From positions 1 to 52,419 of the forward strand of contig CAVJWR010000002.1 of the NCBI GenBank assembly GCA_963653155.1: a stretch of DNA of 52,419 nucleotides, written 5' to 3'. Each line of letters starts with the position of its first letter. Within the stretch, counting starts at the first letter, position 1. The stretch is from Limosilactobacillus gorillae. GTDB taxonomy: Bacteria > Verrucomicrobiota > Kiritimatiellia > RFP12 > UBA1067. The notes under the pieces were generated by a model, which did not search any database, was not told the DNA's origin, and saw only the letters and a program-made list of their open reading frames with translations. Shown here piece by piece: positions 17,089 through 24,861 of the stretch. A program made the translations under genes and the position numbers.

Positions 17089-18120
17089 CTATTCCTTACT
17101 CCCCTTGCTTGCAGACACGACCTGGCCTTCAGGTGGAAGGTCGTTGCGCGAAAAGCCGCATGCCGACAGCACCTTGTCGGTCGTCTGGAAATGGGCCTTG
17201 CAGTGATCCATAACCCACTTCGGTCCATTTGCCCGTACGCACTTCTCCGCAAGTTCGCGTATGCGCGGGTCGCTCGATCCTTTCGGTATCGCGCCAATAG
17301 GATTATCCTCCGTAGCGGCGGCAAGCCCATAATCCGGTAATGACGCTATGAGGCTTCTGAGGAACAGTTCACGGGCCACGACCGATGCCGCCGCAACTGC
17401 GACATCGCTTTCTGCCTTGTGCCGCTGATCTACCCTGATCTTTCGTCCACGCTCCTTGAGTGCCCGCCTGATTACGGTCTCTGTCGGCGCGAACTGGTCT
17501 ACGACCACCCTTGGACACGCCGGCTGCTTTTCGAGAAGCGATTCGATACACACGCCATGCGCCCATGCGAGAAGACGATTTATGTTCTTGATCTTCGCGT
17601 AAAGCCTGTTGTATGCGGCCGGGCCGATCTTCACGAATGCCCAGCGGTTCGGGCCAAGCAGATGGCGTATTTTCGAGCCGACCGCAAGTACGGACTTGTC
17701 GGTCATCTGCTTGCAGTCCTTGGCGCCAATCTCCCTCAATTGTGCGGACAACGCCTCGTCCACGTAGCAGCAGGCGACGACAAGCGGGCCGAAGTAGTCA
17801 CCCTTCCCTGATTCGTCGCTTCCGCCATGCGGCTTGTCCCGTTCAGGATCAAGCACCTGTTCGTAGCCAATCGTCGCCGATCCGAGAACTTGGGGTTCAA
17901 GCACAAACAGCACAAAATCCTCAGCCTTGCCGCCCTGAATGCAGCACTTGCGGCGCCCATGCTTGACCTTCTCGTACAGTGTGCAGTTGAACCCGTCACC
18001 CTCTATGGACATCAGCGAGTAAGGAACTTCGCGTTTCCTGTAATTGCCGCGTTCCATTATGAGCAGAAGAAGATTCTGCTGTCCTTCGTCCAATTCGTAT
18101 GTATATGTACTCTGTGCCAT
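17089..18120 (-). CDS. rnhC: Ribonuclease HIII
   Basis: The catalytic motif GSDESGKGDYFGPLVVA sits after an approximately 90-aa N-terminal TBP-like domain, and the length is typical of RNase HIII. The start is set at MAQSTYTYEL (18120) to avoid overlap with comF. Confidence 0.85.
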   Translation of the reverse strand: MAQSTYTYELDEGQQNLLLLIMERGNYRKREVPYSLMSIEGDGFNCTLYEKVKHGRRKCCIQGGKAEDFVLFVLEPQVLGSATIGYEQVLDPERDKPHGGSDESGKGDYFGPLVVACCYVDEALSAQLREIGAKDCKQMTDKSVLAVGSKIRHLLGPNRWAFVKIGPAAYNRLYAKIKNINRLLAWAHGVCIESLLEKQPACPRVVVDQFAPTETVIRRALKERGRKIRVDQRHKAESDVAVAAASVVARELFLRSLIASLPDYGLAAATEDNPIGAIPKGSSDPRIRELAEKCVRANGPKWVMDHCKAHFQTTDKVLSACGFSRNDLPPEGQVVSASKGSKE

Positions 18121-18202
18121 CTGGCCACTGATTCCTTTTGCCGCGCCATCGACTCGCCAAGGGCATTCGCATTCCGCCATAAGCCCAATGCGGCGAATTA
18201 TA

Positions 18203-18868
18203 TCATGTATCGCGGAAATTCTCACCGAGGTCTTCGTCCATCAAGGCTTTGGCGAGGACGAATGGGATCACCCGATACGCCCCTCCCGCGACAAGAGCCT
18301 CCGTGCATTCGTCCAAAGTGCTCCCGGTTGTCATCACGTCATCGATAAGCACCACTGTGCGCCCGCGCACAAGCGAAGGCTCGACCACGCGAAACGCGCC
18401 CTTCAGGTTCTTGCGTCTCTCATCTCCGCTCGACCTGCTCTGGTGTTCCGTATCGCGCAACCTCGCAAGGGACGTTTCATCGCAGACACGTCCGATGCGT
18501 CTGGCGAATGCCTCGGCGATGAGTCCCGCCTGATTGTATCCGCGCTCCACCAGACGGTTCCGGTGCAGCGGAACCGGAATGACCACATCGACGGCGGCGG
18601 CATCGTGCTTTTTCCTGAACGAGGCCTCCATCGCGGCGGCGAAATCCTCCGCAAGATATGTCGCTCCGAAGAACTTGTAGCTGTTGATCAGGTCGGAGAT
18701 CGGCTCCAGATACGCAAACGCGCTTTTGGCGAACTCATCGTACCAAGGCAACGTTTCATAGCAATGCGAACATATGTAGCCGTCTGGCCTGTCCACGCTG
18801 CGTCCGCAGTCGCGCACGGCGCACGTGCGCGGCCAGAGCATATCCTTGATAAATGCCGAGATTTCCAT
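18203..18868 (-). CDS. comF: ComF family phosphoribosyltransferase-like protein
   Basis: N-terminal Cys pairs (CAVRDC...CSHC), an LHRNRLVERGYNQA motif and a C-terminal PRTase loop VVLIDDVMTTGST. Confidence 0.85.
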   Translation of the reverse strand: MEISAFIKDMLWPRTCAVRDCGRSVDRPDGYICSHCYETLPWYDEFAKSAFAYLEPISDLINSYKFFGATYLAEDFAAAMEASFRKKHDAAAVDVVIPVPLHRNRLVERGYNQAGLIAEAFARRIGRVCDETSLARLRDTEHQSRSSGDERRKNLKGAFRVVEPSLVRGRTVVLIDDVMTTGSTLDECTEALVAGGAYRVIPFVLAKALMDEDLGENFRDT

Positions 18869-18897
18869 CTTGAGATTCCACGATGCCCAACCTCAGC

Positions 18898-18906
18898 ATT
18901 ATATCA
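18898..18906 (-). promoter_or_regulatory. Extended -10 box TGaTATAAT upstream of comF
   Basis: The minus strand reads TGATATAAT, 29 nt upstream of the comF ATG (18868) and just after the pyrG hairpin. Confidence 0.35.
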
Positions 18907-18911
18907 AATGT

Positions 18912-18927
18912 GCCGAACGCATTCGGC
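18912..18927 (-). terminator. Short hairpin 2 nt after the pyrG stop
   Basis: gccgaa-cgca-ttcggc is a 6-bp stem followed on the minus strand by ACATTTGA. This is a weak terminator candidate. Confidence 0.35.
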
Positions 18928-18929
18928 GT

Positions 18930-20579
18930 TTAGTGCCGATGCTTCAACGCCGCCACGACAAGTCCATCGAAAAGCGGATGCGGTGATGTCGGACGAGACT
19001 TGAACTCTGGATGGAACTGCCCTGCGATGAAATATGGATGGTCCGGAAGTTCGACAATCTCCACCAGTTTGCCGTCCGGCGATGTGCCGGACACCTTGAG
19101 ACCTGCCGCCTCCAGAGCCTTGCGTCCTTCCGAGTCGTAATTGAGTTCGTAGCGATGGCGATGGCGTTCGGAAATCGTGAAGTCCGATTTCCCCTTCTCG
19201 CCATAGGCTGGCGCGTACAGTTTCGCCGCGAGCGTCCCCTTCTTCACCACGCATGGATATGCGCCGAGCCGCATCGTACCGCCCTTCTGCGTAACGCCCT
19301 TCTGGTCATCCATGAGATCGATTACCGGATGTGCTGTGTTCTCGTCAAATTCCGTAGAGTTCGCGTCCTTCCACCCAACGACATCCCTCGCGTATTCTAT
19401 AGCCGTACACTGCATTCCGAGGCAGATGCCAAGGAACGGTATCTTGTGCTCGCGCGCATACTTGATCGCGAGGCATTTTCCGGGCACGCCTCGGCTTCCG
19501 AATCCACCCGGAACCAGAATGCCGTCCACGCCCTTGAGGAGATTTATGTCCTTCTCAAGCTCTTCCGCCTCAACGCACTTCACGTTCACCTTGCAGTCAT
19601 GCGCCATGCCAGCATGGTGCAGGGCCTCATGCACAGACTTGTATGCATCGCGGATGGCGATGTACTTGCCGACGAGTGCAATCGTGCACGATTTCTTTGG
19701 CTGCGTAGCCTTCTTGACGAGAGTGTCCCATATGGTGTGCTTGATAGGCCAGATATCAAGATGCAGCTGCTTCAGCACCTCTTCGTCGAGTCCCTGCTTG
19801 CGGAGTTCGCGAGGGATCGCGTATACGGAATCCGTCACATCCTTCTCCTCGATGACGCGCTCGGGCCGCACATTGCAGAAGAGCGCGAGTTTTTCGAGGT
19901 GTTCCTTCGGGATCGTCATCTCCGTACGGCAGACGAGGATATCGGGGATGATGCCGATCGCGCGGAGCTGCCCAACCGAATGCTGCGAGGGCTTGGTCTT
20001 CAATTCGCCCGCAGCCTTAAGGTACGGAACGAGCGTAAGGTGCACGAAGCAGGTATTGTCGTACCCATGCTCGAAGCGGAACTGCCGCGCCGCCTCCAGA
20101 AACGGCAGAGACTCGATGTCGCCCGAAACGCCGCCAATTTCGCACAGGACTATGTCGCAGTCGTGTTCGCCAGCGGACTTTATCGCGTCCTTTATCTCAT
20201 TTGTCACATGCGGAACCACCTGCACAGTGCCGCCCAAATAGCCACCGGCCCGTTCACGCGCAAGGACTGCCGAATAGATGCGGCCCGACGTGTAGTTTGA
20301 AGCCTTCGAGCAGGTCACACCCGCAAAACGCTCGTAATGGCCGAGGTCGAGATCCGTCTCCGCGCCGTCATCCGTCACGAACACTTCGCCATGCTGGTAT
20401 GGGCTCATCGTACCGGGGTCTACATTGAGGTACGGATCAAGCTTCTGCATGAACACCTTGTAACCACGACTTTTCAGCAAAAGCGCAAGTGACGCGGATG
20501 TGATCCCCTTGCCGAGAGAACTCACCACGCCGCCAGTTATGAATACGTATTTTGTCGGATTCTTCGTTTGATTTTTCAT
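18930..20579 (-). CDS. pyrG: CTP synthase
   Basis: 549 aa with N-terminal [16 protein letters not shown], a C-terminal GATase with GICLGMQ, and HRHRYE motifs. Confidence 0.97.
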   Translation of the reverse strand: MKNQTKNPTKYVFITGGVVSSLGKGITSASLALLLKSRGYKVFMQKLDPYLNVDPGTMSPYQHGEVFVTDDGAETDLDLGHYERFAGVTCSKASNYTSGRIYSAVLARERAGGYLGGTVQVVPHVTNEIKDAIKSAGEHDCDIVLCEIGGVSGDIESLPFLEAARQFRFEHGYDNTCFVHLTLVPYLKAAGELKTKPSQHSVGQLRAIGIIPDILVCRTEMTIPKEHLEKLALFCNVRPERVIEEKDVTDSVYAIPRELRKQGLDEEVLKQLHLDIWPIKHTIWDTLVKKATQPKKSCTIALVGKYIAIRDAYKSVHEALHHAGMAHDCKVNVKCVEAEELEKDINLLKGVDGILVPGGFGSRGVPGKCLAIKYAREHKIPFLGICLGMQCTAIEYARDVVGWKDANSTEFDENTAHPVIDLMDDQKGVTQKGGTMRLGAYPCVVKKGTLAAKLYAPAYGEKGKSDFTISERHRHRYELNYDSEGRKALEAAGLKVSGTSPDGKLVEIVELPDHPYFIAGQFHPEFKSRPTSPHPLFDGLVVAALKHRH

Positions 20580-20611
20580 GGTTCAAGTGGAAGTTAAAGA
20601 TGGTTGATTTG

Positions 20612-21838
20612 TTACAGCATCTGCCTGAACTGGCCGAAGAGGTAGTCGGAATCGTGTGGTCCCGGACAGCTCTCCGGATGGTACTGCACCGAAAACGCAG
20701 GGAGAGTCCTATGCCGTACCCCCTCGATAGAGCCGTCGTTGAGGTTGATGTGGGTGACCTCAAGGCATGGCGGCACCGAATCCGGCAGAACCGCGAAGTT
20801 GTGGTTTTGGCTCGTGATCTCCACCTTGCCGGTCGCAAGGTTCTTTACTGGGTGGTTGCACCCATGATGTCCGAACGGAAGCCTCCCGGTCTTCGCTCCA
20901 CACGCGAGCGACAGCAACTGGTGTCCGAGACAGATGCCCATGATTGGGATTGGAGCGTGGGTTGCGTCCCTATCCGCATTGTATTTCAGGAGGCTCCTAA
21001 TGTTCTCGATCGCATAGCCGACCGCCGCCGGATCGGCCGGTCCGTTCGAAAGGAACACGCCGTCCGGCTCCATCGCAAGCACATCCTCAGCGGATGTCTT
21101 GGCCGCCACAACCGTCACTCGCGCAAATTTGGCAAGCGACCGAAGTATGTTCATCTTCACGCCGAAATCGTAGCAAACGACGTGGGGGTACTTGATTTTC
21201 TCACACGGAGGCACGGAGGCACGGAGTTTCTGATCTTCCGTCACTGGATTTTCTATTCTTTGCATCTCCGTGGCTCCGTGTGAGTCCACGAATTCATACG
21301 CCTTTTTGCAGCTCACACGACTGGCATAGTCCTGCCCGTCAAGACCTTCCCATGCCCGCGCCTTCTCAATCGCTTCCGACTCCGGCATTGCGCCGCCCGC
21401 CACATGCAGATACGCCTTCTGGTTGCCGAAATCGCGAATGTGGAGCGTCAGTGCCCTTACATCCACGCCATATATGCCAGGAACACCTGCATCTTTCAGA
21501 TACTTGTCAAGCGACGCCTTTGAGCGGAAATTTGACGCCTCCGTCAAATCGTTGACGACAAGCCCATGCAGAAAAAGACCCCGAGATTCCACATCCTCGG
21601 GGTTTGTTCCGTAATTTCCGACCTCTGCGGTGGTGAGGGCGACAATCTGCCCTGCGTATGATGGATCGGTCAAGATTTCCTGATAGCCGCTCATGCCCGT
21701 GTTGAACACGACCTCGCCTACCCGATCCACTTGCGCACCAAATGCCACGCCATGGAACACAGTCCCATCCGCCAACGCCAAGAACGCCGCCCGTTCGCGC
21801 TCCGCCTTCCACTTTGCTCTCAAGACATCATCGTTCAT
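20612..21838 (-). CDS. carA: Carbamoyl-phosphate synthase small (glutamine amidotransferase) subunit
   Basis: LADGTVFHGVAFGA...VVFNTGMSGYQEILTDPSYAGQIV at the N-terminus; the GATase triad context is GICLGHQLL and VQYHPE. The first ATG (21838) has AAGGAA upstream; the ORF-track start at 21856 is a TTG. Confidence 0.93.
   Translation of the reverse strand: MNDDVLRAKWKAERERAAFLALADGTVFHGVAFGAQVDRVGEVVFNTGMSGYQEILTDPSYAGQIVALTTAEVGNYGTNPEDVESRGLFLHGLVVNDLTEASNFRSKASLDKYLKDAGVPGIYGVDVRALTLHIRDFGNQKAYLHVAGGAMPESEAIEKARAWEGLDGQDYASRVSCKKAYEFVDSHGATEMQRIENPVTEDQKLRASVPPCEKIKYPHVVCYDFGVKMNILRSLAKFARVTVVAAKTSAEDVLAMEPDGVFLSNGPADPAAVGYAIENIRSLLKYNADRDATHAPIPIMGICLGHQLLSLACGAKTGRLPFGHHGCNHPVKNLATGKVEITSQNHNFAVLPDSVPPCLEVTHINLNDGSIEGVRHRTLPAFSVQYHPESCPGPHDSDYLFGQFRQML
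21196..21287. repeat. Palindromic CACGGAG element (family 1) lying in-frame inside carA
   Basis: Inverted arms ttttctcacacggaggcacggaggcacggag (21196-21226) and ctccgtggctccgtgtgagt (21266-21285). It is translated as DSHGATEMQRIENPVTEDQKLRASVPPCEKI in the CarA interdomain linker. Confidence 0.6.
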
Positions 21839-21994
21839 ATCAAGTTCCTTAAGCAACTTCCATGCCGTAAAGTAAATGCACCTAAAAAACCAAACAACCT
21901 TACACGTATTGTAAGCAATGGGCTACGACGCTTACACATTCTGCAAGCCACCCACCTCTCATCTAAGGATCAGAGTCTATTGATACACCTAATG

Positions 21995-22840
21995 CTAATG
22001 TAAGTGCAAAACCTTCGCGATTGTGGACGGAACAAGCCCGTCCCTCCCAAAAACGGCGAATCTTGGCAGTTTTGTGAAGATGCGGGAGGGACACGCTTGT
22101 CGTGTCCGAGGTTTTGCAATTGCCTCACACTGTATTGGCAATGCCACATCAGGCTCAAGCCGCTTACTCTTGCTATGGGACATAGTTGCGTGAGGTCGGC
22201 TTCGTTTCTTCTCGATTTTCTTCCGATCCACTACCGTCAGCTCAATCTGCCTGAATTTCGGATTCTCATAGAATACCGTTACCGCTGGGAACTGCGTTCC
22301 GAACTCGGAGTTGGCGCATCGAGCGATGCCAGACGCATCAAATTCAAACAACTGGAAGACCCAATGGTTGTGATCGCTCTTTTCGAACTTCTCGAAGAAG
22401 CTCGACAGGCGAAAATACGTCTTCCCTCCGACTTTTATCAGGTCAGACAGCTCTGCGCCATAACCACTGAAAACATTTTCCTTCCGTCCGCCCTTCCCGT
22501 CCGAGACAATGAAGTGGATAGTGTATCCGTCCGCATTCAGTCCGCAACCCATCCATGGAACGATGAACACGAAGTCTTCGACGCCATCGCCATTCAAGTC
22601 CAATCCTCCGCCTTCAGAATAGGATACACCACTTGGTTCCTCTTTCTCCAATGCGGTGACAAAGATACTCACGCTTTTCGACGGCAGCTTCCTGACAACC
22701 GCCGGCGTTGACTTGAACTCTGGCGCCCACTTTTCCATCCAAGCCTGCGCACATGGCGAGGCAAGAAGCACCGAAACCAGCAATCCACGCCCAAAACTCG
22801 CGAAATGGCCACGAGACCTATCGCTTTTCTCTTGCATCAT
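21995..22840 (-). CDS. Hypothetical secreted protein with an FG-GAP/calcium-loop-like DLNGDGVEDF motif; the C-terminus is encoded by a repeat element
   Basis: 281-aa ORF with AGGAGAAA as RBS and a signal-like N-terminus (GRGLLVSVLLASPCAQA). The last approximately 40-58 codons run through the palindromic repeat at 22005-22118. Confidence 0.55.
   Translation of the reverse strand: MMQEKSDRSRGHFASFGRGLLVSVLLASPCAQAWMEKWAPEFKSTPAVVRKLPSKSVSIFVTALEKEEPSGVSYSEGGGLDLNGDGVEDFVFIVPWMGCGLNADGYTIHFIVSDGKGGRKENVFSGYGAELSDLIKVGGKTYFRLSSFFEKFEKSDHNHWVFQLFEFDASGIARCANSEFGTQFPAVTVFYENPKFRQIELTVVDRKKIEKKRSRPHATMSHSKSKRLEPDVALPIQCEAIAKPRTRQACPSRIFTKLPRFAVFGRDGLVPSTIAKVLHLH
22005..22118. repeat. REPIN-like palindromic element, family 2, copy A
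   Basis: tgcaaaacc...ggacggaacaagcccgtcc-CTCCC-35 nt-GGGAG-ggacacgcttgtcgtgtcc...ggttttgca. It is about 80-90 percent identical by eye to the inverted copy at 45413-45522. Confidence 0.7.
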
Positions 22841-22866
22841 TTTCTCCTATGTGTTTATGACAACAT

Positions 22867-22875
22867 AGTATATCA
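22867..22875 (-). promoter_or_regulatory. Extended -10 box TGaTATACT upstream of the 22840 gene
   Basis: The minus strand reads TGATATACT, about 26 nt upstream of the ATG, followed by AGGAGAAA. Confidence 0.35.
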
Positions 22876-22912
22876 TTTTATGTTCATCCTAAACGCGGCA
22901 GTTGGAACTCGA

Positions 22913-23045
22913 TTTTCTCACACGGAGTGACGGAGATTGCCGACATACGCACAACTCTCGTTGTCTTTAACACAGAGGCACGAAGGCTCAGAGTCACAGA
23001 GCGGCTTTCAACATTCTTCTCCGTGCCTCCGTTTCTCTGTGTGAG
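22913..23045. repeat. Palindromic CACGGAG/CACAGAG element (family 1), intergenic full copy
   Basis: The left arm ttttctcacacggagtgacggag (22913-22935) has its first 15 nt identical to the carA copy. The right arm is cttctccgtgcctccgtttctctgtgtgag (23016-23045). An internal block reads cacagaggcacgaaggctcagagtcacagag. Confidence 0.6.
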
Positions 23046-23126
23046 CCAAAAACCTCGAAACAGACCTGAACACGACAAAGAAAACCTGAAGGTCTCTTTT
23101 CGCCAACCATTTCGCCGAGCATGGCA

Positions 23127-23230
23127 TTGTCGAGCTATTCTGCGAAAGGCACATCGCTGGGCATGCGCCAGTCTCCGCGCGGAGAAAGGTTTATGCTTCC
23201 AATCTTGGGTCCGCCGTCAGTCTGCTGACA
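23127..23230 (-). pseudogene. Relic 3' end of a nadE (NAD+ synthase) gene
   Basis: The minus strand translates to ..[27 protein letters not shown]-stop (stop at 23135-23137). The real NadE C-terminus is ..[26 protein letters not shown]-stop at 41419. The DNA match continues 8 nt past the stop (ttgtcgag vs ttgccgag). Confidence 0.7.
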
Positions 23231-23248
23231 AACGGAACTCCACCACTT

Positions 23249-24805
23249 CTACTCCACAAGCAGGGCCTGTCGCCAACTTGGGCGGACGTAGGGGCGGATG
23301 AGGTCGTTTGCCGCGCGGTCATCGAACGTGCGAGTTGCCGCGTCCCAGACGAGTGATCGATTCAGACGCTGCGACAGACAGCCGACAAGCATGCCTTCGA
23401 GAATCGAGACCGAATAGTCGATGTCGGAGAAGCAGCGGCTACCGCTTGGAAAAACCGGACCCTCGCCCTTGATCGCCGAACACAGCTCTGCGATGTGCGC
23501 CTTGTCCGTGTCGGCATAGAGGTCGGTCGTCGTGCCCTTCACACGCGGCAGATACGGTGTGACGACGCTTTCGCGGCATGCCTCGTGCACCTTCGTGTTC
23601 GTCGGCTCGGTCTCTCCGTTCATCAGCACGACGCAGTCGATGCCGTAGGCGTCGAGTGAGGCCAGCATGCCCTTCGTGCCGCAGATGATGCAGCCGCCTC
23701 GCGGCTCCTTGATCTTCGCGAGCGCGTCAATCATGGGCTTCAGCTTCGGCTCGGTCGGACGAATCCCGCCGTCGTACCACCAGACCGTCGTCTCGGGCAG
23801 CGTCACGCCCGGACGCGCCTTCGACGGACGCGCCGCGTAGACGAGCTTCACGCGACTTTTCATCGGATAAGCCACATCATTCCATTCGCACACCTCATCC
23901 ACCTCCGCCGTCTTCACGGACGCGAGTTCAGCCCCTCTGAACGGCAGATTCAGCGTGTGGCACGCCATGTCGCCGAAGGCCCCCGTTCCGAAATCATAGT
24001 ACGCACGCCAGTTGAACCGATGATAGACGCCGCGCAGGTTGCGCGCGTACTGGCTACGGAACGGCCAAGGCGTGTCAGCCGGACGATCCTGCACATACGG
24101 ACGATTCGAGGCGATGCCGAGCCAAGCGTCCCAGTCGAGCGTTTTCGGTGCCGGGATCATCCGTCCTGCCGCAAACCGCTTCGCCGTCGTGCCCTGAAAC
24201 CAGATCGGACGATCCGTCCAGACATAGACCTCCGAGACGTCGCCGATCACACCCTGCTGAAGGAGCTCGACATGCCGGCGATGCCCGTGCGCCGCCGACC
24301 CCTGATTGCCCATCTGCACGACGCGCCCTGTCTCGTGCGCGACACGACCGACGTAATCGGTCTCCCACAGCGTTCGGGCGAGCGGCTTCTGGATGTAGCA
24401 GTGGACACCCTCCTTCATCGCACGTACGGCCTGTGCGGCGTGCATGTGATCGGGCGTCGAGACGTTCACGACATCAAGACCAAGCTTTGCCTGATCGTCG
24501 AACATCCGGCGGTAGTCCGTGTACGTGCGCACGGACGACACGTCGACACCCGCCTTAACCAGATGCGCAAGCGCCGCGTCGATCATCGTGCGGTCAACGT
24601 CGCAGATCGCCGTCGGGATTTCCCCGTTGGCGAGGAACTTCGTCCAGTCCGTGAAGCCCTTGCCTCCCGCGCCGATGATGCCGAACTTAAGATGCTCGCC
24701 CCGCCACACGGCGCGTCCACAACTGAAGCCGGCGCAGCCGCCCAAGGCCGTTGTCGCGGACAATCCCCCGAATCCCTTGATGAACGTCCTTCTTGATGTC
24801 TTCAT
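23249..24805 (-). CDS. TAT-exported Gfo/Idh/MocA family NAD-dependent oxidoreductase (possibly GH109-like or a glycoside 3-dehydrogenase)
   Basis: Twin-arginine signal MKTSRRTFIKGFGGLSATTALGG, a Rossmann motif KFGIIGAGGKG, and STPDHMHA typical of Gfo/Idh/MocA. Confidence 0.9.
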   Translation of the reverse strand: MKTSRRTFIKGFGGLSATTALGGCAGFSCGRAVWRGEHLKFGIIGAGGKGFTDWTKFLANGEIPTAICDVDRTMIDAALAHLVKAGVDVSSVRTYTDYRRMFDDQAKLGLDVVNVSTPDHMHAAQAVRAMKEGVHCYIQKPLARTLWETDYVGRVAHETGRVVQMGNQGSAAHGHRRHVELLQQGVIGDVSEVYVWTDRPIWFQGTTAKRFAAGRMIPAPKTLDWDAWLGIASNRPYVQDRPADTPWPFRSQYARNLRGVYHRFNWRAYYDFGTGAFGDMACHTLNLPFRGAELASVKTAEVDEVCEWNDVAYPMKSRVKLVYAARPSKARPGVTLPETTVWWYDGGIRPTEPKLKPMIDALAKIKEPRGGCIICGTKGMLASLDAYGIDCVVLMNGETEPTNTKVHEACRESVVTPYLPRVKGTTTDLYADTDKAHIAELCSAIKGEGPVFPSGSRCFSDIDYSVSILEGMLVGCLSQRLNRSLVWDAATRTFDDRAANDLIRPYVRPSWRQALLVE

Positions 24806-24861
24806 CTTTTCTCTTCCTTCCGATTTTTCCGTTTGAAAACTTCTTTTCCGCCACGTTTCGC

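Noticed and set aside
22884-23301. ORFs 22884-23078 (-) and 22927-23301 (+) in the gap upstream of the 22840 gene.
   Set aside because: They are composed entirely of the family-1 palindrome and the antisense of the nadE relic. They have no RBS and are explained by the repeats.
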